A program made the translations under genes and the position numbers. The notes beneath the pieces are model-generated. The model was not told the origin of the DNA, made no database searches, and saw only the letters and a program-made list of their open reading frames with translations. This document shows, piece after piece, positions 1 to 11,012 of a stretch of 64,000 bases of DNA (positions are counted from its first letter, which is position 1; every line of letters starts with the position of its first letter). The stretch covers positions 768,001-832,000 of the forward strand of contig CAVWHX010000004.1 in the NCBI GenBank assembly GCA_963754925.1. Reading direction: 5' to 3'. The stretch comes from an uncultured delta proteobacterium (GTDB lineage Bacteria; Myxococcota; B64-G9).

Positions 1-729
1 CAACTGGGGACAGAGCGGAATTAACTCGGCTTCTATCCTTGAAGCCGCCTCAACCGCCAGGAGATTGGAAAGGAAAGCCAAACGGTACGCGCGGCGCAGT
101 ATCTTAAGCTGCTCGCTCGAAAAACCACGCCGGCGCAAGCCCACACTGTTAAGGCCGAAAAGCCGCGCGCGGCTGCCGGCCACCTTACAAAAAGGCGCCA
201 CATCCATCCGTACAACGCTGCCACCGCCAACAAAAGCGTGCGCACCAACGTGCACAAATTGGTGTATGGCGGTGCAGCCGCCGATCACCGCATAATCCTC
301 GAGGTGAACATGCCCGGCCAGTTGAACGCTATTGGCTATGACCACGTTACTGCCGATCAAGTTGTCGTGGCCTACATGGGAATACGCCATGAGGAACACG
401 TCCGAACCAATGCGGGTGTATCCTCGCCCCTGCGGCGTTCCGCGATGTACGGTGACAAATTCGCGCACCAAGTTGTGATCTCCCATTTCCAACCGGGTGG
501 GCTCATTATGGTACTTGATGTCCTGCGGCGCCGTTCCCAGCACGGCATGCGGATAGATGTGATTGTCTGCGCCCATCGTCAAAGGGCCTTCTAAAACCAC
601 GTGCGCGCCAATTATCGAGCGCGCTCCGATCGCAACGTCGGCGCCTACCACGGTCCACGGCCCTATCTCTACCTGTGACCCCAATTTCGCTGATGGATGC
701 ACTACCGCCGTCGGATGAACGCAGGTCAC
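1..729 (-). CDS. lpxA: UDP-N-acetylglucosamine acyltransferase LpxA (3' end runs off window)
   Basis: Not in the ORF track. Translated by hand from GTG at 729, which overlaps the lpxD stop: MTCVHPTAVVHPSAKLG...APQDIKY...REFVTVHRGT...MAYSHVGHD...LAGHV...GGCTAIHQFV...GLNSVGLRRRGF. Frame is open to position 1. Confidence 0.95.
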   Translation of the reverse strand, partial: MTCVHPTAVVHPSAKLGSQVEIGPWTVVGADVAIGARSIIGAHVVLEGPLTMGADNHIYPHAVLGTAPQDIKYHNEPTRLEMGDHNLVREFVTVHRGTPQGRGYTRIGSDVFLMAYSHVGHDNLIGSNVVIANSVQLAGHVHLEDYAVIGGCTAIHQFVHVGAHAFVGGGSVVRMDVAPFCKVAGSRARLFGLNSVGLRRRGFSSEQLKILRRAYRLAFLSNLLAVEAASRIEAELIPLCPQL

Positions 730-1739
730 GCTTCGCTCCCGTTGTTATGCGATGGTTTATGGAGACGTTTCAAGCGCCGCCAGAGGAAAACGCTCTGGAG
801 CCAGTCTTTGACCGGCATTGCGGGGTAACCCGCCACGCGGGCTCCGGGCTCGACGTGAACACCGACCCCGGACTTGGCCGCCACCTGGGCTCCCCGACCT
901 ATCACGATATGATCGCTCACCCCCACCTGTCCCCCCAGCAGCGCGCCTTCCTCTACCCGAACGCTGCCGGATAGTCCTACTTGCGCAGCGATCACCACTG
1001 ACGGTCCAATCGTCACATTATGGGCCACATGCACCAGACAATCGATCTTGGTTCCACGACCGATGCGCGTTACTCCCAGGGTTGCGCGCGCCACGGTAGC
1101 GTTGGCGCCGATCTCTACATCATCCTCAATCAGCACCGTACCCACCTGCGGAAGCTTGCGACGGCGCCCGTGTTCCTCAACGAACCCAAAACCGTCGGCC
1201 CCGATTACCGCGCCTGGCCCGATCACAACCCGATCGCCCAGAACACAATGAGCCGCAACAACAGCGTTTACGCCGATGCGGCAGTCCCCGCCCACGTGTG
1301 CGCCTTCATCAATAGACGCGCCGCCGGCTATCATACTGCGCTCACCAATGCGCACCCCCCGGCCCACCCGAGCCGCCCGTTCGATGCACGCCGACGGCGC
1401 TACCTGCGCGCTGGGATCGACCCAGGCGTCGGGGGATATTCCCGGCACCACCGGCATAGGGGGATGAAAGCACTCGAGCACGCGCATGAGCGACGTTCGT
1501 GGTTCTTCGACGAGGAGCACGGCGCAGGGGGCTTGCACGGCAAGCGAGCGTTGGCTGCGAGGCAGCATCACCGCCGAGGCCCTGGTAGTGCGTAGGTTTT
1601 CAGCCTGTCGAAGATCGAGGCAGAGCGATACCTCTCCCTCCTCCGCCAGTTCCAAAGGCGCTACTCCCCGGATGGGGACATCGGCACCAATGAGCTCGGC
1701 GCACAGCAACTGAGCAATCTCACGCAAGGAGCGCTGCAC
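726..1739 (-). CDS. lpxD: UDP-3-O-(3-hydroxyacyl)glucosamine N-acyltransferase LpxD
   Basis: Hexapeptide repeats, IGADGFGF, PQVGTVLIEDDVEIGAN, TKIDCLVHVAHNV; position after skp. Confidence 0.95.
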   Translation of the reverse strand: MQRSLREIAQLLCAELIGADVPIRGVAPLELAEEGEVSLCLDLRQAENLRTTRASAVMLPRSQRSLAVQAPCAVLLVEEPRTSLMRVLECFHPPMPVVPGISPDAWVDPSAQVAPSACIERAARVGRGVRIGERSMIAGGASIDEGAHVGGDCRIGVNAVVAAHCVLGDRVVIGPGAVIGADGFGFVEEHGRRRKLPQVGTVLIEDDVEIGANATVARATLGVTRIGRGTKIDCLVHVAHNVTIGPSVVIAAQVGLSGSVRVEEGALLGGQVGVSDHIVIGRGAQVAAKSGVGVHVEPGARVAGYPAMPVKDWLQSVFLWRRLKRLHKPSHNNGSEA

Positions 1740-1790
1740 AGGTACTCCCGATAATCAACCGCGAATTCCCGCCCTGAAGGCACTTCCCGA

Positions 1791-2336
1791 CTACTTGCCC
1801 TTCTTCGGAGAGGAGCCCACGGGGTGCCGACGATCGTATTCGCGGATCACTTCGTTGGTGAGATCCATTTTTGGCGGGCCGTGCAGGAGCACCTCGGTGC
1901 GCAGGATATAATCCATGCCGTTTCGTTCAGCTACCGTTGCAATGACATCCCGCAACTGCTCCTCGAAGGACCCCAACACATCGGACTTCTTTTTGTTGAT
2001 CTCGTTCTGCGCTTGCATCAAGGCGTTACGCAGGTCTTGTTCCTCTTTGGCCAATGCCTGAGTACGCTCTTTGCGAACGTCCTCCTTGAGCATGGCCTGC
2101 TGTTGCTGGAATTCCTTGGCCTTTTCCTCGAACGTCTTCATGCGATCATCGAACTCCTTTTGTTTGGCGCCAAACTCCTTCTGCAGCCGATCCATGATCG
2201 CCTTACCCTCGGCCGTCCCTTCCAGTACCGCGTTGAGGCTGACGTAGCCTATCTTGCCTGTTTGCGCTTCTGCCGATGAAACAAATGCCACAGCACCGAG
2301 ACAACACATCCCAACCGTTAAAATTGCGTTTCTCAT
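1791..2336 (-). CDS. skp: Periplasmic chaperone Skp/OmpH
   Basis: Signal peptide, KIGYV motif, long coiled coil, C-terminal DLTNEVI; between bamA and lpxD. Confidence 0.9.
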   Translation of the reverse strand: MRNAILTVGMCCLGAVAFVSSAEAQTGKIGYVSLNAVLEGTAEGKAIMDRLQKEFGAKQKEFDDRMKTFEEKAKEFQQQQAMLKEDVRKERTQALAKEEQDLRNALMQAQNEINKKKSDVLGSFEEQLRDVIATVAERNGMDYILRTEVLLHGPPKMDLTNEVIREYDRRHPVGSSPKKGK

Positions 2337-2351
2337 GAAAGCGCCCTCCCG

Positions 2352-4946
2352 TTAGAAAAAATTACCAATCGTAAATTCAAATAACATGGGTCGGTCCCCC
2401 GGTCTTCGGGTAATTGGAAATCCCCACTCGAAGCGCAACGGGCCAATGGGTGAAAACCAGCGGAACCCAAAACCCGAGGACCAGTACAAACCCAACCAGG
2501 TTTCTTGGGAATGATTCACCTCGCTGAGGCGGTTGGAGAAGAAGTTTTCTTTTTCGCCATAGGCATTGCCGCTGTCAAGAAACACAACCCCTTTGATGTT
2601 GATCTGCGGGACGATCGGGAACTCAAACTCGACGTTACCCCAGAGCTCTTTGTCGCCACCGAAATTGTTGCACGCCAAGGGCGAATGCGGATCCCAGCCA
2701 TTGGCCGGGCTACACAGCGGCGGTCCAATCGAACGTGGTTCAAAACCCCGAATGTTGTAAATCCCGCCGAGGAAGTACTTCTCGGATATGGGAACACCGC
2801 CAGAAGCAGTAGACAAGATATACCCTATCTCAAGGTTGGTCTTCAGGACGATACCCCAGATGATCGGGAAATACCAACGCGCAACGCCCGAAAAACGGGT
2901 GAAAACATTTTGACTGACGGTATACGGGCTCGCGTACTCGACAGCACCCTGCAGAAAGTGTCCGTTGCTCGGGAACAGCTTGTCGTTACGGGTGTCCCAC
3001 GTCAGAACCACCTGCACGCTCGAGGTGAAGGCGCTCGAAGACAAGTCGGGCAAGCGTATGCCTGAACCCGCCCTCGTTTCAGGCGAGATAATGACCTTCT
3101 CTAATTTATAGGTTGCGGACAAGCGCCAGTAATCAAAGATCTCGTAACCGAGACCGATATCCCCTCCCCTGGCCGTACGCAGGAACGTTAGATAGTCGAG
3201 TTGTACGCTATAAATCGAAACCGACAGCGCCCAGTTGGTGTCAAAGAAATAGGGTTCAGCGAACTGTAAACTGAAATACTGCCGCATACTCGATAGCTGC
3301 GCCATGAGAGAAAGCGTTTGTCCTCGTCCAAACAGGTTATGTTGGGCTATCTGAGCGGTGCCGATGAGGTTCTCCACCGATGAGAAACCGACACCGATCT
3401 GGAAGGTGCCGGTCGAGCGCTCTTTCACCTCAACCTTGAGAACAATCCGATCCGGGCCGCTGCCTTTTTTCTCTGAGATATCGACCTTCTCGAAAAACCC
3501 TAATGAATTTATCCGTCGTTTCGAGGTCTCCAAACCGCTTCCCGAGTAGAGTTCACCCTCATAGACGCGCATCTGGCGGCGGATGACCTTGTCGCGCGTC
3601 TTAACGTTGCCGGCGATCTCCACCCGTTCGATGTACACCTTCGCGCCACTCTGAACGCTGAACGCTATGTCAACTATCCGCGCGCTGCTGTCAACACTGA
3701 CATTAGGAACCACCTCGGCATATGCGTACCCGCGATCTTTGTAGATTTCTTGGACCCGGAGCATACCCGTATTGAGCTGCATCCGGCTAAATATCTCTCC
3801 GGTTGGAATCGCCATCAGCTCCCTAAGCACCTGGCTCTTGAGCTGTTGCAGGATCTCGTTATGCATCTGCTCCCGCAGCGGCTCTCCCGCCGGTCGTGGG
3901 GGTTGATCTTCCTCCCAGATGGATCGATCGATACGTTGCGCGACTTCCTTGCGAATATCCGCGAGCACCGCGAGGGTAAGCGCGCTGATTTCAGCCGGGT
4001 TGTACTTATCGGCCAGGGCGTGCTCGAGATCCTTTGAAAACACCAAACCAGTTCCGCCCGCCGCTTGGAACTTTTTGATGGTGGCGAGCAACGACTTGTC
4101 GTCGACCAGCAAACTGTCCGTAAAGGAAGTATTGCCGAAGCGGAACTGTTCGCCCTCCTCTATCGGGAAGGCGATAAACAATGAGCTGCGATCGCGGCTG
4201 ATCTCGATGATTGGTTCCCCCACCTTCACGTTGATGTAGCCATGGTTGTAGTAGTAGTCGCTGATCATGAATTGGTCACGCTTGATAAGCTCTTCCTTAT
4301 AGGTGCCGGATGATGTCAAAAAGGAAAAAAACCCTCCCTCCTTAGTGGCCATTATCTCTTTGAGATCGTCGTCAGCAACCTTGATATTGCCTAAAAAAGA
4401 AATACGTTTGACCTGCACCTTAGCATGCTCATCGATGACAAAGGTGAGATCAACTTGATTGCCGGACACCGACGTGAGTTCGTAGGTGACATCAGCCAGG
4501 TAGAAACCCTTTTCCACATAGAGGTCGTGAATCTTCTCGGCGTTTTTCTTAATTTTACCAATGTCCAAAACCGACAGCGGCTGGATATCAACGACCTCCT
4601 TGATCTTATCAAGGTCAATTTCGTGGTTGCCGGTGTACTTAATCGAGGCAATCGCCGGCTTCTCGCTGACGACAAAGATCAGCTTTTTACCCGAGGGAGA
4701 GTCCTCGACCTCAGCCCGAACATCATCAAAATAACCCAACCCGAAGATAGCCTTGATATCCGCAGCCACCTGCTCGGCACTCAAGGGTTTACCGAGTTGA
4801 GACTTCAACACGAGCTGAATGGCATCCGCCTCGACGCGCTTATTGCCGCGGATTTCGATCCCTTCAAGAACCTGAGCCGCGGCTGTCGGGAGCCAGCTGC
4901 AGAGCAGCACCGCCATCCATATGGAGGAGCGCATCGAACGCATCAT
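2352..4946 (-). CDS. bamA: Outer membrane protein assembly factor BamA
   Basis: POTRA repeats ([17 protein letters not shown]), IRGF loop-6 motif, [13 protein letters not shown], terminal Phe. Confidence 0.96.
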   Translation of the reverse strand: MMRSMRSSIWMAVLLCSWLPTAAAQVLEGIEIRGNKRVEADAIQLVLKSQLGKPLSAEQVAADIKAIFGLGYFDDVRAEVEDSPSGKKLIFVVSEKPAIASIKYTGNHEIDLDKIKEVVDIQPLSVLDIGKIKKNAEKIHDLYVEKGFYLADVTYELTSVSGNQVDLTFVIDEHAKVQVKRISFLGNIKVADDDLKEIMATKEGGFFSFLTSSGTYKEELIKRDQFMISDYYYNHGYINVKVGEPIIEISRDRSSLFIAFPIEEGEQFRFGNTSFTDSLLVDDKSLLATIKKFQAAGGTGLVFSKDLEHALADKYNPAEISALTLAVLADIRKEVAQRIDRSIWEEDQPPRPAGEPLREQMHNEILQQLKSQVLRELMAIPTGEIFSRMQLNTGMLRVQEIYKDRGYAYAEVVPNVSVDSSARIVDIAFSVQSGAKVYIERVEIAGNVKTRDKVIRRQMRVYEGELYSGSGLETSKRRINSLGFFEKVDISEKKGSGPDRIVLKVEVKERSTGTFQIGVGFSSVENLIGTAQIAQHNLFGRGQTLSLMAQLSSMRQYFSLQFAEPYFFDTNWALSVSIYSVQLDYLTFLRTARGGDIGLGYEIFDYWRLSATYKLEKVIISPETRAGSGIRLPDLSSSAFTSSVQVVLTWDTRNDKLFPSNGHFLQGAVEYASPYTVSQNVFTRFSGVARWYFPIIWGIVLKTNLEIGYILSTASGGVPISEKYFLGGIYNIRGFEPRSIGPPLCSPANGWDPHSPLACNNFGGDKELWGNVEFEFPIVPQINIKGVVFLDSGNAYGEKENFFSNRLSEVNHSQETWLGLYWSSGFGFRWFSPIGPLRFEWGFPITRRPGDRPMLFEFTIGNFF

Positions 4947-5656
4947 ACCGCTGCCTTCCCGTCTCCCGCAGCCACTTTCGCCGTCTCCACAATTCTTCCC
5001 TCGCGCAGAATCAAGGTGCGTGGGAGCCGTTCCGCTAACCGTTGATTATGGGTCACCATGATGGTGGTCATACCGAAACGCCGGTTGAGATCAAACAATA
5101 AGTGATTAATCCCATCACCCGTTTCCTCATCGAGGTTGCCGGTGGGTTCATCAGCCAGAAGGAGGCGCGGCTTCAGTAACAACGCCCGAGCCACCGCCAC
5201 CCGTTGCTGTTCTCCACCGGATAGCTCCACCGGTCGGTGATCAAGCCTATCGATCAGCCCAACCTCTCGTAACATTTCGGTTGCGAACACGGCTGCTTTC
5301 TGACGCGGCACCCGTTGAATCAAAGCAGGCATCATGGTGTTTTCCAATGCGGTGAATTCTGGCAAAAGATGGTGGAACTGGAACACGAACCCAATCGTTC
5401 GATTACGAAACGACGCGAGCTGGTTCGGGGTAAAATCATGCACATTTTCACCTCGAATCCGAATCGTGCCGGAACTGGGTTGATCCAGGGTGCCCAAAAG
5501 GTGCAACAACGTGCTCTTGCCGGCCCCCGAAGGACCCACGACCGCAACCATCTCGCCCGGCATAACTTCAAAGCTTATCCCCCGCAGCACCGGAACAAGC
5601 TTCCTGGCCAATCGGTAGGTCTTGACAAGATCCTGTGCAGCTACCAGTGGTTCCAC
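4943..5656 (-). CDS. lolD: Lipoprotein-releasing ABC transporter ATPase LolD
   Basis: [19 protein letters not shown]olD motif, [16 protein letters not shown]. Confidence 0.93.
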   Translation of the reverse strand: MEPLVAAQDLVKTYRLARKLVPVLRGISFEVMPGEMVAVVGPSGAGKSTLLHLLGTLDQPSSGTIRIRGENVHDFTPNQLASFRNRTIGFVFQFHHLLPEFTALENTMMPALIQRVPRQKAAVFATEMLREVGLIDRLDHRPVELSGGEQQRVAVARALLLKPRLLLADEPTGNLDEETGDGINHLLFDLNRRFGMTTIMVTHNQRLAERLPRTLILREGRIVETAKVAAGDGKAAV

Positions 5657-5788
5657 ACCATAAACCTTTCTCTCCCTAAAAAAATCTCTGATGCGCTCTG
5701 CTCATCTGCCCACTTAAATCCGATAAACACCAGTGCGTTTCGCTCCAATATCACAATTTCCTTTGTTTCACGTACATATTTCTCAAAG

Positions 5789-7648
5789 TCAATCGTACCG
5801 CAGGCCTTCAACCGGCCTCAAACGCGAAGCTCGGTTAGCTGGGTAAATGGTTGCAATAAAGCTGATGTGCAACGCTATCCCCGCAATCAGGATAAACTCA
5901 ATGGAATCCAGGTTGACCGGCAACTTTTCGATATAGTACACCTCTGAATTGAGCTGAATGCCATAATTCATGAGCCACTCACAAACGCCAAATCCCATGA
6001 TGAGCCCTAATGCCGTTCCAACAACCCCGATGGCAATACCCTCAAACATAAAGATTTTCATTACTCCATCACCGGTCGAGCCCATTGATTTTAGGATGGC
6101 GATCTCCTTGATTTTCTCCCACACCAGCATTATCAGCGTCGAGATGATCCCAAAGGATGATACCAACGTAACGATCACCACTAAAATGAACATGCCGATC
6201 TTCTCCATTTTGAGGGCGGAGAAAAGGTTTCCGTTCATTTGGTACCAGGTCCGGGTGTAGTAGGGACTGCCGTCGAGAGCAGAAACAATCTCGTTGCAAA
6301 TCTTACCGGCGCGATCCAGGTTGTCGAACCTAAGCTGGATACCGGTGATTGAGTCATCCATGCCAAAGAAGTTTTGAGCATCCTTCAGGGTGATGGCCAC
6401 CGATTTGGCGTCATACTCATACATGCCGGTGTAAAATACCCCCGCCACTCGAAAAGCGCGGGCCTTGGGCACTGGTCCGGCTGGACCAAGCTCTTCACTC
6501 AATGGCGAGACGACATTAATCCGATCGCCAACATTCACACGCAGGATTTTCCGAAGCTCTTTTCCGATAAGGATGCCAGCCACCGGCTTTGCGCGCTCCG
6601 TTGATACGATCAGCGGTTCTGGCACGGGAATCTCGTCTTCGGCAGCGGCCTTGGGTGCATGCGGCGAACGAGAGGTGGCATCTGCTGGCGCCGAGGGGAG
6701 GGTCTCATGCCGCTCGTCGTGAGACGCAAGGTCTTTCTGAGGTATCGGCATATCGTTCTGCAGCGGTTTTTCACTATCCTCCTCGCCCTTCGATAACCGG
6801 TCCTTCCGGTTGAGGTCATCGAGATAGGCATCGATCTTCTCGGGATGGCGAAGGAGATCGAGGCTGCCCTCCTCGATGCTCTGGTTCATATCGGTCACTT
6901 CCGAACTCGTATCAATATCGATACCGCGGATAAAGATCCCCGCGATGTTGTACGCGGAGGAAACCATCACCTCGTTGTAGACAAACGGGCTGGCCGCCAC
7001 GACCCCCGGCACGCGCTTGATCTTTTCAAGCACGGTGCGATATTCGGTGAAATCGGTGCCGATCTTCTGGACAATCGCGTGCGCGTTAACCCCGACGATT
7101 TTTTCTTTGAGATCAGTCTCGAACCCGCTCATGACACTCAAAACGACGATCATAGCCGCCACGCCCAAGGCCACCCCGACCACTGATATGGCGGTTATCA
7201 TCTTGAACCGCAGATAACGCAATCCGACAAAAAACGGGTAGAAAAGCCCTCCACCACGGGCTAAGAAGATCACGAAGGCAGTAAGATACAACGCTGCAAA
7301 AAAACTTTCGAACTTCAGCAACAGCTCGACAACGTTGTCCAACCCAATTTGAAAATCGTCCCGGATCCAGTAGCGCGCCAGCACCGCGAGGCTGCACAAA
7401 AACCCCTCAAGTGACGGAAAGTATCTCACCAGCAGTCCGAGCAGAAGCCCGGTTCCCACACCCCCGCCAGCAACCAGCATGTAGGATACAGCGGCTGAAC
7501 TGGGGTCGAGGTCGGGAGCAACCCTCTTAAGGATAAATTCGCCACATACGAGAAGCCCGATGCTTAAGGCCAGTCCCCCTCCGATTGCCTTGACAAAGGA
7601 TGCGACATCACGCTGCTTGTCCAAGTTTCCTCCCGACCGGCAGTGCAC
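5789..7648 (-). CDS. Lipoprotein-releasing ABC transporter permease (LolC/E family), with extra N-terminal TM segments
   Basis: ISVVGVALGVAAMIVVLSVMSGF, GMYEYD, EIAILKSMG, YPANRASRLRPVEGLRYD; next to lolD. Start codon uncertain. Confidence 0.9.
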   Translation of the reverse strand: MHCRSGGNLDKQRDVASFVKAIGGGLALSIGLLVCGEFILKRVAPDLDPSSAAVSYMLVAGGGVGTGLLLGLLVRYFPSLEGFLCSLAVLARYWIRDDFQIGLDNVVELLLKFESFFAALYLTAFVIFLARGGGLFYPFFVGLRYLRFKMITAISVVGVALGVAAMIVVLSVMSGFETDLKEKIVGVNAHAIVQKIGTDFTEYRTVLEKIKRVPGVVAASPFVYNEVMVSSAYNIAGIFIRGIDIDTSSEVTDMNQSIEEGSLDLLRHPEKIDAYLDDLNRKDRLSKGEEDSEKPLQNDMPIPQKDLASHDERHETLPSAPADATSRSPHAPKAAAEDEIPVPEPLIVSTERAKPVAGILIGKELRKILRVNVGDRINVVSPLSEELGPAGPVPKARAFRVAGVFYTGMYEYDAKSVAITLKDAQNFFGMDDSITGIQLRFDNLDRAGKICNEIVSALDGSPYYTRTWYQMNGNLFSALKMEKIGMFILVVIVTLVSSFGIISTLIMLVWEKIKEIAILKSMGSTGDGVMKIFMFEGIAIGVVGTALGLIMGFGVCEWLMNYGIQLNSEVYYIEKLPVNLDSIEFILIAGIALHISFIATIYPANRASRLRPVEGLRYD

Positions 7649-7654
7649 CGTTCA

Positions 7655-9130
7655 TCAGCGTTCAGGTCTCAGCAGCGGGAACAGAATGACATCCCGGATT
7701 GAAGGAACATCTGCGAGGACCATAACCAGCCGATCAATCCCGATACCCTCGCCGCCGGCCGGCGGCATCCCATACTCAAGCGCTCGGATGTAGTCCTCGT
7801 CGTAGGGCATGGCCTCCTCATCGCCGGAGGCCTTGGCGTTCATTTGCTGCGCGAAGCGCTCGCGCTGATCATCAGGATCATTGAGTTCAGAGAAGGCGTT
7901 GGCGATCTCCCGGCCGGCGATGTACAGCTCGAAGCGGTCAACCAATTCAGGCGACCCTTCCTTCTTGCGCGACAACGGCGAGACATCCAGCGGAAAGTCA
8001 CACACAAAGGTTGGCTGAACAAGCTGAGCTTCGACTTTCTCTTCAAAAAGCGCCATAAGCATTTTTCCGGAAGTCCAGTCAGGGGCATAGGCAACATTCA
8101 ATGTGTCGGCGAGCGTTCTCACGAAGTCCTGATCGGCGAGCTTTTCCTGCGATAGGTGGAGTTGCTCGGCAAGCGCCTCTCGCAGCGTAATGCGCCGGTA
8201 CGGCGGTTTAAGATTGATCTCCACCCCTTGGAACGGCACGGTGCTCGTACCCTTCAGTTCTTGCACCAAAGAAGCGAGAAGCTCCTCGGTCAACGTAATC
8301 AAATCTTGATAGGTGGCGTACGCCTGGTAGAACTCGAGCATGGTGAATTCAGGGTTGTGACGAGTGGAGACGCCTTCGTTGCGGAAGCTTCGATTCACTT
8401 CATACACGCGCTCGAGTCCCCCAACCAGCAATCTCTTGAGAAATAGCTCGGGCGCTACTCGCAGATACAAGTCCATGTCTAGGGCGTTATGGTGAGTTAT
8501 AAACGGCCGGGCAGTTGCGCCGCCCGCCAGGCTATGCATCATGGGGGTTTCAACTTCAAGAAAATCGCGATTATCGAAAAAGGCGCGGATCAGCCGAAGG
8601 GTATGGGCGCGCAGGCGAAAAATTTCGCGCACCTCTGGGTTAACCATGAGATCAACATATCGTTGCCGGTAGCGAATCTCCACATCGGTCAGACCATGCC
8701 ACTTCTCCGGCAAGGGCCGCACGCTCTTGGTAAGAATACGGAGCTGTTCGGCCTGGATGGAGAGCTCATTGGTGCGGGTGCGCACGGGCTTGCCCACAAT
8801 GCCAATCAGATCGCCTACCTCGATGCACTTTTTAAAAACCTCGAACGCCTCGTTGCCAAGAATATCCTCCTGTGCCATTACCTGGATGGTCCCGGAACGA
8901 TCGCTCAATTTCAGAAAGGCGGCCTTGCCAAACATACGCATTGCCATAACCCGGCCGGCCAAACGATAGGTGATATTGAGCTTGGAAAGCGCTTCGTTAT
9001 CCTGTTCAGCGTGGGCACGATGAACTTGAATCGTAACGTGGTCTGGTTTGAAATCATTGGGGTACGGATTGACGCCTCGTTCCCGGAGGGCCTCCAACTT
9101 GCGGCGGCGTTGCGCGTTCTGATCGTCCAT
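7655..9130 (-). CDS. lysS: Lysine--tRNA ligase (class II)
   Basis: RYRQRYVDL, FLEVETPMM, FRNEGVSTRHNPEFTMLEFY, YGMPPAGGEGIGIDRL. Confidence 0.98.
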   Translation of the reverse strand: MDDQNAQRRRKLEALRERGVNPYPNDFKPDHVTIQVHRAHAEQDNEALSKLNITYRLAGRVMAMRMFGKAAFLKLSDRSGTIQVMAQEDILGNEAFEVFKKCIEVGDLIGIVGKPVRTRTNELSIQAEQLRILTKSVRPLPEKWHGLTDVEIRYRQRYVDLMVNPEVREIFRLRAHTLRLIRAFFDNRDFLEVETPMMHSLAGGATARPFITHHNALDMDLYLRVAPELFLKRLLVGGLERVYEVNRSFRNEGVSTRHNPEFTMLEFYQAYATYQDLITLTEELLASLVQELKGTSTVPFQGVEINLKPPYRRITLREALAEQLHLSQEKLADQDFVRTLADTLNVAYAPDWTSGKMLMALFEEKVEAQLVQPTFVCDFPLDVSPLSRKKEGSPELVDRFELYIAGREIANAFSELNDPDDQRERFAQQMNAKASGDEEAMPYDEDYIRALEYGMPPAGGEGIGIDRLVMVLADVPSIRDVILFPLLRPER

Positions 9131-9184
9131 CTAGCTTATGTAACCTCTCGATTAAAAAAGCATTTCCGTCTATTAAACCGCCGT

Positions 9185-9213
9185 ACAATAGCCCATTTAC
9201 TCAAGGTGGTCAA
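9185..9213 (-). promoter_or_regulatory. Sigma70-type promoter for lysS
   Basis: TTGACC-17 nt-TATTGT on the minus strand in the prfB-lysS gap. Confidence 0.5.
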
Positions 9214-9310
9214 GGAAAAACCTGTGCAATTACCGTTTCCCGGACCTCATTATTGGTTATAAAACAAGCAATAATATCGATACATTCCAGCGACTAGCGG
9301 ATCCCTTTGA

Positions 9311-10421
9311 CTAGGATACCTTCTCGGCCCCAGCCTGGATCAAGTACGCCTCGATAAAGTCGTCTAACGAGCCATCGAGGACCCGCTCAACGTTGCCAAC
9401 TTCATGACCGGTGCGGTGATCCTTGACCAACCGGTAGGGCTGCAACACATACGAGCGAATCTGTGACCCCCAGGCGATTTCCTTTTTTTGGGCATACTGT
9501 GCATCCTGTTCGGCGCGGCGCTTGTCCATTTCGATATCGTAGAGGCGCGATCTGAGCATTTTCATGGCTGTCGCTTTGTTGCGATGCTGGCTGCGTTCGT
9601 TCTGGCATTGAACGACCACCCCCGAGGGGTAGTGGGTGATGCGTACGGCCGAGTCGGTCTTATTGACATGTTGTCCGCCCTTGCCGCCGGCGCGGTACGT
9701 GTCGATACGCAGGTCTTCCTCACGGACCTCAATGTCAATCGAGTCCTCCACTTCCGGATACACAAAAACACTGGCGAACGACGTATGCCGACGCTTGTTC
9801 GCATCAAAGGGCGAAATGCGCACCAGGCGATGAATGCCGACTTCTGCCCGCAGGTAGCCGTACGCTGCCGGGCCTTCTACGGCGATAGTGCAGGAGCGCA
9901 CACCCGCCTCGTCGCCGGGCTGGTAGTCAACGATGCTTACGGCATACCCGTGCGACTCCCCGTAGCGTAGGTACATGCGCATGAGCATTTCCGCCCAATC
10001 ACAGGACTCCGTGCCGCCGGCACCGGCGTTGATATTGACAAACGCACTGGCTTGGTCGTTGGGGCCCGCAAGCATGCGGGTGAGCTCTAGGGTGCGGACG
10101 AGTTGGGCAAGCCCCTCTTCCTCCCTGACCAGCTCGGCCTCGACGCTTTCGTCTTGTTCGCCCACGGCCAGGTCTATCAGATCGAGAGCCTCCCGGATGC
10201 CTTTTTCCACCCGGCGAAACGCGCCGACCGCGTGTAGAAGTCCTGCGCGCTCTTTCTGAATCTGGGACGCACGCTTCTGGTTATCCCAAAAACCGGGTTT
10301 TTCAATTTCCGAATCGATTGACGCTAAGCGCTGCTCCTTGGCCGAGATGTCAAAGAGGCCCCCTGAGCGTCTCAAGCCTGCGGGCCAAACCCTCTATGCG
10401 CTCTCTCAATTCTTTGAACAT
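9311..10421 (-). CDS. prfB: Peptide chain release factor 2 with programmed +1 frameshift
   Basis: RBS AAAAGGAG, ATG at 10421, 23 codons (MFKELRERIEGLARRLETLRGPL), then CTT TGA C preceded by internal SD AGGGGG. The downstream frame has SPF and GGQ motifs. Confidence 0.97.
10349..10364 (-). promoter_or_regulatory. prfB +1 ribosomal frameshift site (AGGGGG-CCT-CTT-TGA-C)
   Basis: Canonical RF2 autoregulatory shift sequence read directly. Confidence 0.95.
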
Positions 10422-10503
10422 CGATGCAATGTCTCCTTTTCGTGAGCTTTCATAAAACGGATTCTTGGTTATGATACTGCCATGGCATTCTTCACCCAAT
10501 GGT

Positions 10504-10950
10504 TCAACTGATTAAGCGAGCAACCAATTCACGTTGCTTCTTGCGCATGTGCGTAGCAGCGGCTCGACCTGCCCCCTCGTGATCGTAGCCAAGCAGATGC
10601 AATAGGCCGTGAACGAGCAACTCGGTTACCTCATCGAGCACGCTCGCGCGGCGTTGTTTAGCCTGGCGCTTGGCAGTCGTCACCGAAATGACGATATCGC
10701 CCAGAACCTGTGGATGCAAGCTCCCCCCTGGGCCTTCCAACTGCGAGAAGGCAAGCACGTCGGTGGTCCGACGTCGGCCACGATAGGTGGTGTTGAGACT
10801 CGTCATCTCCCGGTCATCGGTCAACAACACTACCACTTCGGCCTGGGGAAAAATACCGAGCATGGTGCCAAGCCGTTCCCCGCGTAACGCGAGTGTGCGC
10901 CGTTGTTGAAATGTTACCCCACGACGTTTTAATATAGTCAGTCCCATCAT
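10504..10950 (-). CDS. ybeY: rRNA maturation endoribonuclease YbeY
   Basis: LNTTYRG, TDVLAF, LGDIVIS, HGLLHLLGYDH. Start approximate. Confidence 0.93.
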   Translation of the reverse strand: MMGLTILKRRGVTFQQRRTLALRGERLGTMLGIFPQAEVVVLLTDDREMTSLNTTYRGRRRTTDVLAFSQLEGPGGSLHPQVLGDIVISVTTAKRQAKQRRASVLDEVTELLVHGLLHLLGYDHEGAGRAAATHMRKKQRELVARLIS

Positions 10951-11012
10951 GCCGCCTACGGTCTCACCGTGCACCTGAGAGAATTTCCTGGATCGGACGC
11001 GAGGTCAAGGAT

